This document shows, one piece after another, positions 7,378 through 17,163 of a DNA stretch of 64,000 nt. Source of the stretch: Alphaproteobacteria bacterium (GTDB taxonomy: Bacteria > Pseudomonadota > Alphaproteobacteria > UBA828); the NCBI GenBank assembly GCA_965214705.1, contig CBDCCI010000002.1, positions 1,856,001-1,920,000 of the forward strand, read 5' to 3'. Each line of letters opens with the position of its first letter. The stretch's first letter is position 1. Both the position numbers and the translations under genes were made by a program. Under the pieces are notes generated by a model, which ran no database searches, was not told the DNA's origin, and was given only the letters and a program-made list of their open reading frames with translations.

Positions 7378-10353
7378 TCATTCTGTGGTCTCGCGGTCGA
7401 GCGCCGCCGCAGGCGCCGCAACCAGGCGATGATAGGCGGCGCGGACGCGATCCTGAATGGCGACAACCCTCTCCTCAAGGGCGGCGAAATCCTCGATCCC
7501 CATGGCCCGCGCCAGGGTCTCGCGCACGCCGGGGGTGAAGCGCTCGACCTCGCGGTTGGTGCCGACGGTGAGCCGGAGCAGGCCCTGGAGGCGCTGGAGG
7601 AAGGCCAGCATCTCGGCAAGCTCGGTGGCGTCGTCCGAGGCGAGGACGCCGGCCTCGCCCAGCCCGCGGTACATCGACTGGGTCGATTGAACCAGGATCG
7701 AGGGGTGGCGCGCGGCGTGGTGCAGCAGGTGGTACTGGGCGATGAATTCGAGGTCGAGCAGGCCGCCCCGCACGTGCTTGAGGCGCCAGCGGTTCTCGGT
7801 GTGGCGCTCGCCGTCGATGCGCTCGCGCATGGCGGCGACGTCCGCCAGCAGCGCGTCGGAATCGCGCGGGGCGCAGAGGACCGCGCGGATGTCCGCCATC
7901 ACCGCCGCGGAGAGGTCCGGATCGCCCGCGACCGGGCGCGCGCGGGTAAGCGCCATGTGCTCCCAGGTCCAGGCGTCCTGCTCGTGGTAGCGGCGGAAGG
8001 CGGCGGCCTCGGTCGCGATCGGGCCTGAGGTGCCCGACGGCCTGAGCCGGGTGTCGATCTCGTAGAGCCGGCCTTCGGCAGTGAGCGCGCTCACGGCGTT
8101 GGAGAGACGCTTGGTGAAGCGGGCGTAGTAGTGGCTCGGCGCGAGGCCCTGAGCGCCGTCAGATTCCACGTTCGTTTCGTCCGGCAGGCCGTAGAGGAAG
8201 ACCACGTCGAGGTCGCTGTCGAAGGTGAGCTCCCGACTGCCGAGCTTGCCCATGCCGAGCACGGCGAAGGATGCACCCGGCAACGATCCGTGGCGGCGGG
8301 CGAAGTCCTGGTGCACGCGCGGCAGCAGGGTCTCGATCACCGTGTCGGCGATATCGGAGAGCGCGCCGGAAAGCCGGTCCACCGCCACATCGCCCCGCAG
8401 AATCTGCATGCCGACCTGGAACTCGCGCTCGTGCTGCCAGCGGCGCACGCCGTCGAGCACGTCGTCGTAGTCGCTGGAGGGCGCGAGCGCTTGCGCGAGG
8501 TCGTGGATCAGCTCGTCGCGATTCGGCAGGCGTTGGTGCAGGTCGCCGCTGATGAGGCCTTCGAGCAGGCCGGGGCTGCGGCTCAGGTGCTCGGCGATGC
8601 GGGGCGCGCTGCCCAGGATCTCGGCGAGCTGGGCGAGTAGGCCGGGGTTGTCGTGCAGCAGCAGGAAGGGCTGGACCCCCGACGGCAGCCCGGCGAGGAA
8701 TTCGTCCAGCTTGCGGAAGGCGGAGTCGGGATCGGCGGTGTTGCAGAGAGCGCGGAGGAGGGCCGGCATGAGCTCGGTGAGGAGCTCTCTCGCGCGCGTG
8801 CTGCGGGTCGCCTGGATGCGGCCGTGATGCCAGCGGCGCACGGTCGCCGAGACGCCCGAGGCGTCGCCAAAGCCCATGCGCTCCAGACTCGCGAGGGTGT
8901 CGGGGTCGTCGGCGGTGCCCGTGAACACCAGGTTACCGCCTTCGTCGCCGAGGTCGGGCTCGTCCTCGAAGAGCGCGGCATAATGCTCCTCGACGGAGCG
9001 GACATGGCTTTGCAGTGAATCGGCGAGGTCTGCTTCGTCGGCAAAACCCATGAGGCGGGCGAGCGCGGTGCGTGCGTCTGCGCCGTCGGGAATTCGTAGG
9101 TCCGACTCGTCGTCGATCATTTCGATGCGGTGCTCGAGACGGCGGAGAAAGCGGTACGACTCGATCAGCGCCTCCACCGCCCACTCGCTGGTGCGCTCGG
9201 CGGCGGCGAGCGCGCTGAGCGCGTCGCAGGTGGCGCGGAAGCGGAGCGAATCATCGCGGCCGCCCCAGATGAGCTGCTGAGTCTGCGCGTAGAGCTCGAT
9301 CTGGCGGATGCCGCCCCGGCCACGTTCGATGTCGTGGCCTGCGACGTCGAAGTGCTGGCGGCTGGGCTCGGCGTTGATCTGGCGCTTGATCGACTGGATG
9401 TCCTGGATGGCGGAGAGGTCGAGATACTTGCGCCAGATGAAGGGGCGCAGGCGCTCGATCATGTCGGCGCCGACCGCCATGTCGCCAGCGGCCGGGCGCG
9501 CCTTGATCATCGCGGCGCGTTCCCAGTTCTGCCCGTGGCTCTCGTAGTACTGCTCCGCCGCCGCCGTCGAGAGCGCGAGCGGCGTGGAGCCCGTGTTGGG
9601 CCTGAACTTGAGGTCGGTGCGATAGATGCAGCCGTCGTCGGTGCGCTCACCGAGCAGGGCGGCGAGATCGCGCACGAGGCGGTGCAGGGTTTCGGCGGGC
9701 TCGCCCCGTCCTTGGTGGCGCACGCGCTCGGGGTCGAACAGCACCAGCAGGTCGAGCTCGCTCGAATAGGTAAGCTCGCCCGCGCCGAGGCCGCCGACGC
9801 CGAACACGGTGAGCCCGCACGCCGCCGGTTCGTCTTCGTTTGGGCGCGCGAGGGTGCCCCGTGCGGCGGCCTCCCTGAGCAGGTGGTCGAGCGCGCTTTC
9901 GAGCACGGTGTCGGCCAGCCGGGTGAGGGCCTGGGCGATGCGATCCAGCGGCCAGGCGCCGGCGAGCTCGGCGAGCGCTGCGGTGAGCGTCGCGCGCCGC
10001 TTGGCTCCCCGAAGCCGGCGGGCGAGGGCGCGGCGGTCGGTGGTCTGGCCGGCGGCGTCCGAAATCTCGGCGAGCGCGCTCGCGAACGCGGCGTTGGGAC
10101 CCTGTTCGGCCACCTCGCGAAGCTGGGCCGGTTCGCGGACCAACGCTCGACCGAGCGCAGGGGCGTTCCCGAACACGCCATCGAGGAAGGCACGCGCCTG
10201 ATCATCGCCATCGAGTGCGCTCGCGAACGACTCTTCGTCGCCGCCGAGCGCGGCTGCCGCTGCGAGCCACTCGTCACGACCCGCACGCGCGCGTTCGCCC
10301 GAGGCTGGCTCGGGACACATCGCATCGTCTGTCAGGAAGGGCAGTCGCGACAC
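7378..10353 (-). CDS. glnE: Glutamine synthetase adenylyltransferase GlnE; N-terminal domain degenerate; start uncertain
   Basis: Two nucleotidyltransferase repeats; C-terminal repeat has GMGKLGSRELTFDSDLD, DTRLRPSG and AWTWEHMAL. Confidence 0.9.
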   Translation of the reverse strand: MSRLPFLTDDAMCPEPASGERARAGRDEWLAAAAALGGDEESFASALDGDDQARAFLDGVFGNAPALGRALVREPAQLREVAEQGPNAAFASALAEISDAAGQTTDRRALARRLRGAKRRATLTAALAELAGAWPLDRIAQALTRLADTVLESALDHLLREAAARGTLARPNEDEPAACGLTVFGVGGLGAGELTYSSELDLLVLFDPERVRHQGRGEPAETLHRLVRDLAALLGERTDDGCIYRTDLKFRPNTGSTPLALSTAAAEQYYESHGQNWERAAMIKARPAAGDMAVGADMIERLRPFIWRKYLDLSAIQDIQSIKRQINAEPSRQHFDVAGHDIERGRGGIRQIELYAQTQQLIWGGRDDSLRFRATCDALSALAAAERTSEWAVEALIESYRFLRRLEHRIEMIDDESDLRIPDGADARTALARLMGFADEADLADSLQSHVRSVEEHYAALFEDEPDLGDEGGNLVFTGTADDPDTLASLERMGFGDASGVSATVRRWHHGRIQATRSTRARELLTELMPALLRALCNTADPDSAFRKLDEFLAGLPSGVQPFLLLHDNPGLLAQLAEILGSAPRIAEHLSRSPGLLEGLISGDLHQRLPNRDELIHDLAQALAPSSDYDDVLDGVRRWQHEREFQVGMQILRGDVAVDRLSGALSDIADTVIETLLPRVHQDFARRHGSLPGASFAVLGMGKLGSRELTFDSDLDVVFLYGLPDETNVESDGAQGLAPSHYYARFTKRLSNAVSALTAEGRLYEIDTRLRPSGTSGPIATEAAAFRRYHEQDAWTWEHMALTRARPVAGDPDLSAAVMADIRAVLCAPRDSDALLADVAAMRERIDGERHTENRWRLKHVRGGLLDLEFIAQYHLLHHAARHPSILVQSTQSMYRGLGEAGVLASDDATELAEMLAFLQRLQGLLRLTVGTNREVERFTPGVRETLARAMGIEDFAALEERVVAIQDRVRAAYHRLVAAPAAALDRETTE

Positions 10354-10442
10354 CGTTGGCCGATTGTATTACAAGGATCGCAACGGGGAAGAGGCAAAGG
10401 GGGCCAAGGGGGCGCACTGGCGGCCGTCTCCCGACCATCGAC

Positions 10443-13400
10443 ATGAGCTCGACGGCCCGAATCGCTCTCCAAGCTTTGGGCGCCCTGTTCGGTGTGCTCG
10501 CCATCCTCTTCGGCCTGGCCGCATGGCGGCTTTCGACCGGCCCGATCTCGCTCGGATTCCTCTCTCCCTATATTCAAGAGGCGCTGGAGGGCGAGGGTCT
10601 CTCCTATCACTTCGAATTCAAGGACACGGTTCTGGTCTGGCCCGGCTGGGGCGAAGCGCTCGAAGTCCACTTGACCGATCTCCGGGTTGCCGACGCGAGC
10701 GGCACGACCCTGGCGGCGGTGCCGGCGGCGTCGCTGGGACTGAGCGGCGTGGCTCTGTTGAGCGGCACGATCGCCCCCACGTCGATCGAGCTGATCGGGC
10801 TCAGCCTCGCTTTGGTTCGTGACGCGGACGGGCAGGTGCGCCTTGCCGGCAGCGACGAGGCCGGCATGGCGGACGACGACGCGGCCGATTCCCTGGTCGA
10901 CGATCTGCTCGACCCGCCGCGCGAGGATCACCCGATGGCGCGGCTACAGCGGGTCAGCCTGCGCGATGCCTCCATCGTCCTGGTCGACGAGACAACCGAT
11001 TTCACCTGGACCGCGCCGAGCGCCGACCTCACCCTCAATCTGGACGAGACCGAGATCCTCGGGCACCTGTCGGCAGAGCTGCAGGTGCGGGACCTGGAGA
11101 CCCATCTGGAGGTGGAGCTGTTCCACCACCGCGAGAGCAAGATGGGCAGCGCCGCCATCGGCTTCTCCGGCCTCAATCTGGTCAAGCTCTCCTTCATCGC
11201 TCCTGAGCTTGAGGAGTTCACCGGGTTTCGCGTTCCACTCTCCGGCACGATCGCGATCGATGTGGCCCCCGGCGGCATTCTCGGCGGCGCCGTGTTCGAT
11301 ATCGCGGGCGGGGAAGGGGAGATCGCCTTGCCTGAGATCTTTCCCGCACCGGTTCCGGTGCAACGGATCGTCGCGACGGGTTCGATCGACGGCGAGCTGT
11401 CCCGGCTTAGCCTCGAAAAGTTCGAGGTCGATACGGACGGCCCGCGCTTTTCCCTCGACGGCACGCTCTGGCAGACCGATGCCGGCGTCGGCGTCAAGGG
11501 ACGGTTTCAGGCGCATGACATGCCGTTCGACTCGCTCGGCGATTACTGGCCCGAGACGTTCATCGAGCCCGGACGGCGATGGATCGTGGAGAACGTCAGC
11601 GACGGCGTGATCAGCCGGTTCGATGCCGTGCTCGACATCGAGCCCGGCGACTTCGAGAACGAGCGCTTCGGTGCGGACTCGGCCGCCGGCTCGCTCGCAT
11701 TCGAGAATGCGAGCATCGACTATCTGCGCCCGATGCCGCCTGTGACGGGGGTCAGCGGTACGGGGCGGTTCAACGGGGAAGCCCTCGCCCTCACGATGAG
11801 CGGCGGACGCATCGCGGGGATCACTGCGTCTCGCGGGACGGCCGTGCTGAGCGAGATTCATTCGGCGGTGCCCCGCATGTCGGTGGAGATCGAAGCCGAA
11901 GGGCCGACGGCCGACGCCCTCGACCTGCTCGACCATCCGCGCCTCGCGCTGGTGAGCAAGGTCGGGCTCAAGCCGGTGGGGGTCGGCGGCGCGGTGCACA
12001 CCCTGTTCGCGCTCGAGCTGCCGATGCTGCAAGCGATCGAGCCGGAGGAGGTGGACGTGAACGCCGTCGCCCGGGTACGGGACGCCCGGATGGCGAACAT
12101 CGCGGGCATGGCAGACATGACAGAGGGCGCGCTGCGCCTCGGTGTCGACAACGCCAGCCTGGAACTTCGCGGCACGGCCAGGCTCCAGGGCATGCCCGCG
12201 ACGATCGCGTGGCGCGAGAACTTCGGCGACGACGCGCCATTCGCGCGGCGGCTTGACGTGACGACGGCGCTGACGCCGGAAGCCCAGGCCGCGCTCGGCT
12301 TCGACATGGCGCCTTACGTTCAGGGCACGCTTGCGCTCGACGGGGAATACACGGATCCGGGGGGCGACGGGACGCCACGCACGACGCTTCACGTCGATGC
12401 GACGGAGGCGCGCCTCGAGATTTCGGAGCTGCACTGGGCCAAGCCCGCAGGAGCGCCTGGGACGATACAGGCTCTTGCCAGCGTTCCTCCGGAAGGGCCT
12501 GTCGAGATCACCAGGGTCGAGGTCGAGACGGAGACTCTCTATGGCCTCGGCCGGGCCGTACTCGCCCGTGACGCCGGGGGCATTCGTGAGATCACGATCG
12601 AGAGGATGCGGCACGGCGCGACGGACATCTCAGGCACAATCGCAATCGAGGACGTGGTCACACGGATCTCGATTGAGGGCGCAAGTCTCGACGCTCGACC
12701 CTACATCGAGGATCTGATGGGGGATGACGCGCTGCATTCCGGCCAGCTCCTCCTCGATCTCGATGTCGAACGCGTCATAACCGCCGACGATCGGCATCTG
12801 GCGAATCTGCGCGCGCGTTTCGAGACCGATAGCGAAGGCCGGCACATCGGGTTCATGGAGGGAACGCTGGTCAGCGGTGCGCCCATGACATTCTCCCTGA
12901 AGCCGCAGGGAGGCAAGCGCCTGATCACGGTCCGCTCGCGCGATGCGGGCGCCGTGGCCCGGACCTTCAAGATCTACGACAACGCCGTCGGCGGCGACCT
13001 CGTGATGGAAGCGGTGCTGCACGACGACCAGCCGGGTGCGCCTGTCACCGGCACGGTCAAGATCGACGACTACCGCGTGATCAACGCGCCGACGCTGGCA
13101 AGGCTGCTCACCGTGGCGACTCTGACAGGCATCCTCAGTGAATTGCGGGGCAAGGGGATACGCTTTTCGCGGTTCGAAATGCCTTTCACCCTCGAAGAGA
13201 ACGTTCTCACCATTCGGGACGCGCAGACATCAGGCTTTTCCGTAGGCGTCAATGCCGAGGGGACGGTCGATCTCGAATCGGATCGGGTGGACATCAGCGG
13301 CACGATCGTGCCGGCCTACACGTTCAACACCCTGATCGAAGCCATTCCCGTGCTGGGGGAGCTGCTGACCGGCGGGGAAGGCGAGGGGCTGTTCGCGGCG

Positions 13401-13520
13401 GACTATCGGGTTGGCGGGACGACCGCTGAGCCGGATATCTCGGTGAATCCTCTCTCGGTCCTGGCGCCCACCTTCCTGCGCAAGCTGTTTTCGTCCGACA
13501 AAGAGGAGAAAGCGGAATAA
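10443..13520 (+). CDS. AsmA-like/YhdP family envelope protein
   Basis: N-terminal TM anchor (WRLSTGPISL), long beta-rich body, C-terminal GTIVPAY...IPVLG...VNPLSVLAP; divergent from glnE. Confidence 0.85.
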   Translation: MSSTARIALQALGALFGVLAILFGLAAWRLSTGPISLGFLSPYIQEALEGEGLSYHFEFKDTVLVWPGWGEALEVHLTDLRVADASGTTLAAVPAASLGLSGVALLSGTIAPTSIELIGLSLALVRDADGQVRLAGSDEAGMADDDAADSLVDDLLDPPREDHPMARLQRVSLRDASIVLVDETTDFTWTAPSADLTLNLDETEILGHLSAELQVRDLETHLEVELFHHRESKMGSAAIGFSGLNLVKLSFIAPELEEFTGFRVPLSGTIAIDVAPGGILGGAVFDIAGGEGEIALPEIFPAPVPVQRIVATGSIDGELSRLSLEKFEVDTDGPRFSLDGTLWQTDAGVGVKGRFQAHDMPFDSLGDYWPETFIEPGRRWIVENVSDGVISRFDAVLDIEPGDFENERFGADSAAGSLAFENASIDYLRPMPPVTGVSGTGRFNGEALALTMSGGRIAGITASRGTAVLSEIHSAVPRMSVEIEAEGPTADALDLLDHPRLALVSKVGLKPVGVGGAVHTLFALELPMLQAIEPEEVDVNAVARVRDARMANIAGMADMTEGALRLGVDNASLELRGTARLQGMPATIAWRENFGDDAPFARRLDVTTALTPEAQAALGFDMAPYVQGTLALDGEYTDPGGDGTPRTTLHVDATEARLEISELHWAKPAGAPGTIQALASVPPEGPVEITRVEVETETLYGLGRAVLARDAGGIREITIERMRHGATDISGTIAIEDVVTRISIEGASLDARPYIEDLMGDDALHSGQLLLDLDVERVITADDRHLANLRARFETDSEGRHIGFMEGTLVSGAPMTFSLKPQGGKRLITVRSRDAGAVARTFKIYDNAVGGDLVMEAVLHDDQPGAPVTGTVKIDDYRVINAPTLARLLTVATLTGILSELRGKGIRFSRFEMPFTLEENVLTIRDAQTSGFSVGVNAEGTVDLESDRVDISGTIVPAYTFNTLIEAIPVLGELLTGGEGEGLFAADYRVGGTTAEPDISVNPLSVLAPTFLRKLFSSDKEEKAE

Positions 13521-13556
13521 GTACGCTGGCGCGACTATCGCGCAACCCATGCCGGG

Positions 13557-14222
13557 CTACGCCGGCGGAGGCGGAGACTGGGTGGAGCTCTCGGGGTTGG
13601 CAGCGGCGGCGGCGAGCTCGAACACCCGCTCGAAGACGTCCGGCGTTTGCGCGCCGGTGACCGCGTAGCGGCGCTCGAAGATGAAGCAGGGCACGCCGGA
13701 GATGCCCGCGCGGCTCGCGGCCTCGCTCTCTCTCTTGATTTCCTCGACCCCGTCACTCCCGTCCAGATAGCGGCGCAATTCCGCCTCGTCGAGACCACCG
13801 TCAACGCCGGCAGCAGTGAGTACGCCGTGGTCGCTGATGTCCTCGCCCTGCTCGAAGTAGCGGCGAAACAGCGCCTCCACCACCCCATCCTGTGCCCCGC
13901 GCTGGCCGGCGAACTCGATCAGCCGGTGCGAATCGACGGTATTGGGGGTGCGTCCGATTTGGTCGAAGACGAATTGGATGCCTTCGGCTTCACCCGCCTG
14001 CTCGATCGTGGTGAAGATCTCGGCAACCCGCTCCTCGGAGCCGAACTTGGCCACCAGGTAGGGGAGCCGCTCGACGCCCTCGGCCGGCATGTCCGGATTG
14101 AGCTGGTACGGGCGCCACTCGACGGCGAGATCGGTCGGTCGGCCGGCGTTGGCACGCTCGAAGCGGCGCTTGCCGATGTAGCACCAGGGACAGATCGTGT
14201 CGGAAACGATGGCGACGTGCAT
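13557..14222 (-). CDS. DsbA family oxidoreductase (FrnE-like)
   Basis: SDTICPWCYIGKRR and GISGVPCF motifs. Confidence 0.9.
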   Translation of the reverse strand: MHVAIVSDTICPWCYIGKRRFERANAGRPTDLAVEWRPYQLNPDMPAEGVERLPYLVAKFGSEERVAEIFTTIEQAGEAEGIQFVFDQIGRTPNTVDSHRLIEFAGQRGAQDGVVEALFRRYFEQGEDISDHGVLTAAGVDGGLDEAELRRYLDGSDGVEEIKRESEAASRAGISGVPCFIFERRYAVTGAQTPDVFERVFELAAAAANPESSTQSPPPPA

Positions 14223-14337
14223 CGGCTGAGTATATCGACCCGTCGTCCGTGGCGCGAGTGCGCCGAATCAGTGCCGGTTCTTGACGCCGCGTCGGGCGAG
14301 CGTCGACCATGACGATCATCACCGAAGGAGCCGATAG

Positions 14338-16044
14338 GTGCCTGACAGCAACCGCTACGAGCGCGGACTCGAACGGGGATCCGCCAACCACGTCCCACTG
14401 ACCCCGTGCGACTTCATGGCGCGGGCGGCCGCCATCTATCCCGCGCGGGCGGCGGTGGTGCGCGGCGCGCTCAGGCGAAGCTACGCGGAGACCTACGCTC
14501 GCTGCTGCCGACTGGCCGGTGCACTCGCGGCGCGCGGAGTCGGCATCGGCGACACGGTCTCGATCCTGGCGCCCAACGTGCCGGCCATGCTGGAGGCCCA
14601 TTTCGGCGTGCCGATGGCGGGCGCCGTGCTCAATGCCCTCAACATCCGCCTGGATGCGGCTTCCATCGCCGCGATGCTGGAACACGCGCGCTCTCGCGTG
14701 CTCATCGCCGATGCGACTTTTGCGAGCGTGGTGGAGGAGGCGCTGGCGCAGGTGGACCGCCGCCCGCACGTGGTGGCGATCGACGACTCTGCGGAAGGCG
14801 AAGGGAAGGGGAGGGGTTTCGCCGACGAGAGCTACGAGGAACTGCTTGCCTCCGGGGCGCCCGAATTCGCGTGGCCTTGGCCCGAGGACGAGTGGCAGGC
14901 GATCTCGCTCAACTACACGTCGGGCACGACCGGGCGGCCCAAGGGGGTCGTCTATCACCACCGGGGTGCGTATCTGAACGCGCTCAGCAACGTGCTCATG
15001 AACGGGTTCACCCGGGATTCGGTCTACCTTTGGACCCTCCCCATGTTCCATTGCAACGGCTGGACCCACACCTGGGCCGTGACCGCCGCCGCCGGCGCGC
15101 ACATCTGCCTGCCCCGGATCGAGCCGGCGGAAGTCTTCCGCCTGATCGCCGAAGAGAGGGTGACCCACATGGCCGGAGCGCCGGTCGTGCTCGGTATGCT
15201 GATCAACGCACCTGAGAGCGACAAGCGCCGCTTCGATCATGTGGTGGAGGTGGCGACCGGGGGCGCGGCGCCGCCGGCACCGGTCATCGCAGCCATGGAG
15301 GAGATGGGCTTCAACGTCACCCATCTCTATGGTTTGACTGAGGTTTATGGGCCGGCGCTGGTAGCAGCACCGCAGGAGGACTGGCCGGACCTGCCGCTCG
15401 ACGACCGCGCGGCGCTGATGGCACGCCAGGGTGTGCGGCACCACGCGATTCAGGGCGCGATGGTGGCGGACCCGGAGACCCTCGCGCCGGTGCCGGCGGA
15501 CGGTGCCACGGTGGGCGAGATCATGCTGCGCGGGAACACGGTGATGAAGGGCTACCTCGACGATGCCGGCGCCACTGCGGAGGCCTTCGACGGCGGCTGG
15601 TTCCATACCGGCGACCTCGCGGTGACCCACCCGGACGGCTACATCCAGATCACCGATCGGGCCAAGGACATCATCATCTCCGGCGGCGAGAACATTTCGA
15701 GCATCGAAGTCGAGAACGCGCTCTACAGCCACGAGGCCGTACTCGAAGCGGCAGTAGTGGCACGACCCGACGAAAGGTGGGGCGAGACGCCCTGCGCCTT
15801 CGTCGCGCTGAAGCCCGATGCGCACGCGGTCTCGGAGGAGGCGCTGATCGACCATTGCAGGGCGCGAATGGCGCGCTTCAAGGTGCCGCGCACGATCGTC
15901 TTCGGCGATCTGCCGAAGACAGCGACGGGCAAAATCATGAAATTCGAGCTGCGTGAGCGCGCCCGCGCGCTGCCCACCGACACCGCGGAGGGAGGGAGGG
16001 AGGGAGTGAAGAAGCAGGGTGACGGCCGTTTCTCTGCCTCTTAG
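14338..16044 (+). CDS. AMP-binding acyl-CoA synthetase (DmdB-like)
   Basis: YTSGTTGRPKG, LPMFHCNGW, YGLTE, GWFHTGD and LPKTATGK motifs. Confidence 0.9.
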   Translation: MPDSNRYERGLERGSANHVPLTPCDFMARAAAIYPARAAVVRGALRRSYAETYARCCRLAGALAARGVGIGDTVSILAPNVPAMLEAHFGVPMAGAVLNALNIRLDAASIAAMLEHARSRVLIADATFASVVEEALAQVDRRPHVVAIDDSAEGEGKGRGFADESYEELLASGAPEFAWPWPEDEWQAISLNYTSGTTGRPKGVVYHHRGAYLNALSNVLMNGFTRDSVYLWTLPMFHCNGWTHTWAVTAAAGAHICLPRIEPAEVFRLIAEERVTHMAGAPVVLGMLINAPESDKRRFDHVVEVATGGAAPPAPVIAAMEEMGFNVTHLYGLTEVYGPALVAAPQEDWPDLPLDDRAALMARQGVRHHAIQGAMVADPETLAPVPADGATVGEIMLRGNTVMKGYLDDAGATAEAFDGGWFHTGDLAVTHPDGYIQITDRAKDIIISGGENISSIEVENALYSHEAVLEAAVVARPDERWGETPCAFVALKPDAHAVSEEALIDHCRARMARFKVPRTIVFGDLPKTATGKIMKFELRERARALPTDTAEGGREGVKKQGDGRFSAS

Positions 16045-16760
16045 CGCCTCGATTTATGACTTCAATATCAGCATATTATACCACTTTCCTAGAACATTTT
16101 CTTAGTTTGCCCGATGCCCGAAATTCGGCCCGCCCGATGTCGCCACGCCGGATGAGTTTCGAGTTGGTCGTTAGCTAGGCATCTATTCAGCCGACGCGGC
16201 GAGAGGCTCCGGTCCCATGCCCTCACGGGTGGCGGCATCGGCGAACTCGTCCAACACCGCGCCAAGCGTCGCCATCATCTCCTCGATCTGCGCATGCGTG
16301 ATGATGAAGGGCGGGGCGACGATGACCGAATCGCCGATCGGGCGCGTGATGAGCCCGCGGGCGTAGGCCATCTCCACGATGCGCTCGCCGATGGCGTGCT
16401 CCGGCGCGAAGGGGCGCTTGCTGCCCTTGTCCGCGACGATCTCCAGGGCGCCGAGGAGCCCCACATGCCGCACCTCGCCCACCAGCGGGTGGTCCTCGAA
16501 GCGGCGCATCGCCGCCTCGAGCGAGGGCGCCACCTCGCGCACGTTGTCGAGCAGGCCGCCGGGCTCGGTGATCAGCGCTATGGTTTCCAGCGCGACCGCC
16601 GCTGCGGCCGGGCTGCCGCCGGTGGTGAAGCCATGGGGAAACTCCTCATATTCTTCCGCCGCGCGATGCAGGCGACGGTCCATCTCCGGCGACAGCAACA
16701 CCGCCGCCATCGGGTAGTAGCCGGAGGTGAGCGCCTTGGAAGCCACCACCACTGCGGCGC

Positions 16761-17035
16761 AGCGGCTCAGTCGCTGAAGTAACTGGGGGTAGAGTCTTCG
16801 ACTGGGGTTGAGTCTTCGACGGTTGAAGCGTGAAGTGGTAGCGGGTAGGGCAGACGAGGCCGTCCCTTCAGTGGCGTGCGAGGGCACCCGTTTGGAAGCG
16901 GCTCAGTCGCTGAAGTAACTGGGGGTAGAGTCTTCGACTGGGGTTGAGTCTTCGACGGTTGAAGCGTGAAGTGGTAGCGGGTAGGGCAGACGAGGCCGTC
17001 CCTTCAGTGGCGTGCGAGGGCACCCGTTTGGAAGC
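16761..17035 (+). repeat. Exact 136-bp tandem duplication in the IS110 left end
   Basis: 16761-16896 equals 16897-17032, with AGC microhomology; each copy also holds an internal 19/18-bp near-repeat ACTGGGG..GAGTCTTCG. Confidence 0.95.
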
Positions 17036-17140
17036 TTGGCCCGAACCGTGATCGGCTTCTGTCACTGATGGCGCGGGTTCGCCCGTGACCTCGTTCAAGA
17101 GATTGAGACTTCGCCGCGGTTCCTCCCCACCCGCAACGTC
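16897..17140 (+). ncRNA. Putative IS110 bridge RNA (boundaries approximate)
   Basis: TTGGAAG 17028-17034 equals left target+core; GTCACT 17061-17066 is the reverse complement of core+right target; TCAAGAG 17095-17101 equals left donor+core; stems 16977-16986/17125-17134 and 16990-16995/17089-17094. Confidence 0.7.
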
Positions 17141-17163
17141 AACGGAGTTTGGGAGGGCTCTCG

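Noticed and set aside
16045-16182. A/T-rich spacer as a mobile element end or att site
   Set aside because: No matching repeat or recognisable motif seen; lies between convergent genes
16183-16887. Standalone 234-aa ORF
   Set aside because: Its N-terminus is antisense IS110 end sequence fused to the aminotransferase C-terminal fragment
16782-16960. CRISPR-like short repeats ACTGGGG..GAGTCTTCG
   Set aside because: No unique spacers and no cas genes; four copies arise from the 136-bp duplication of an adjacent pair
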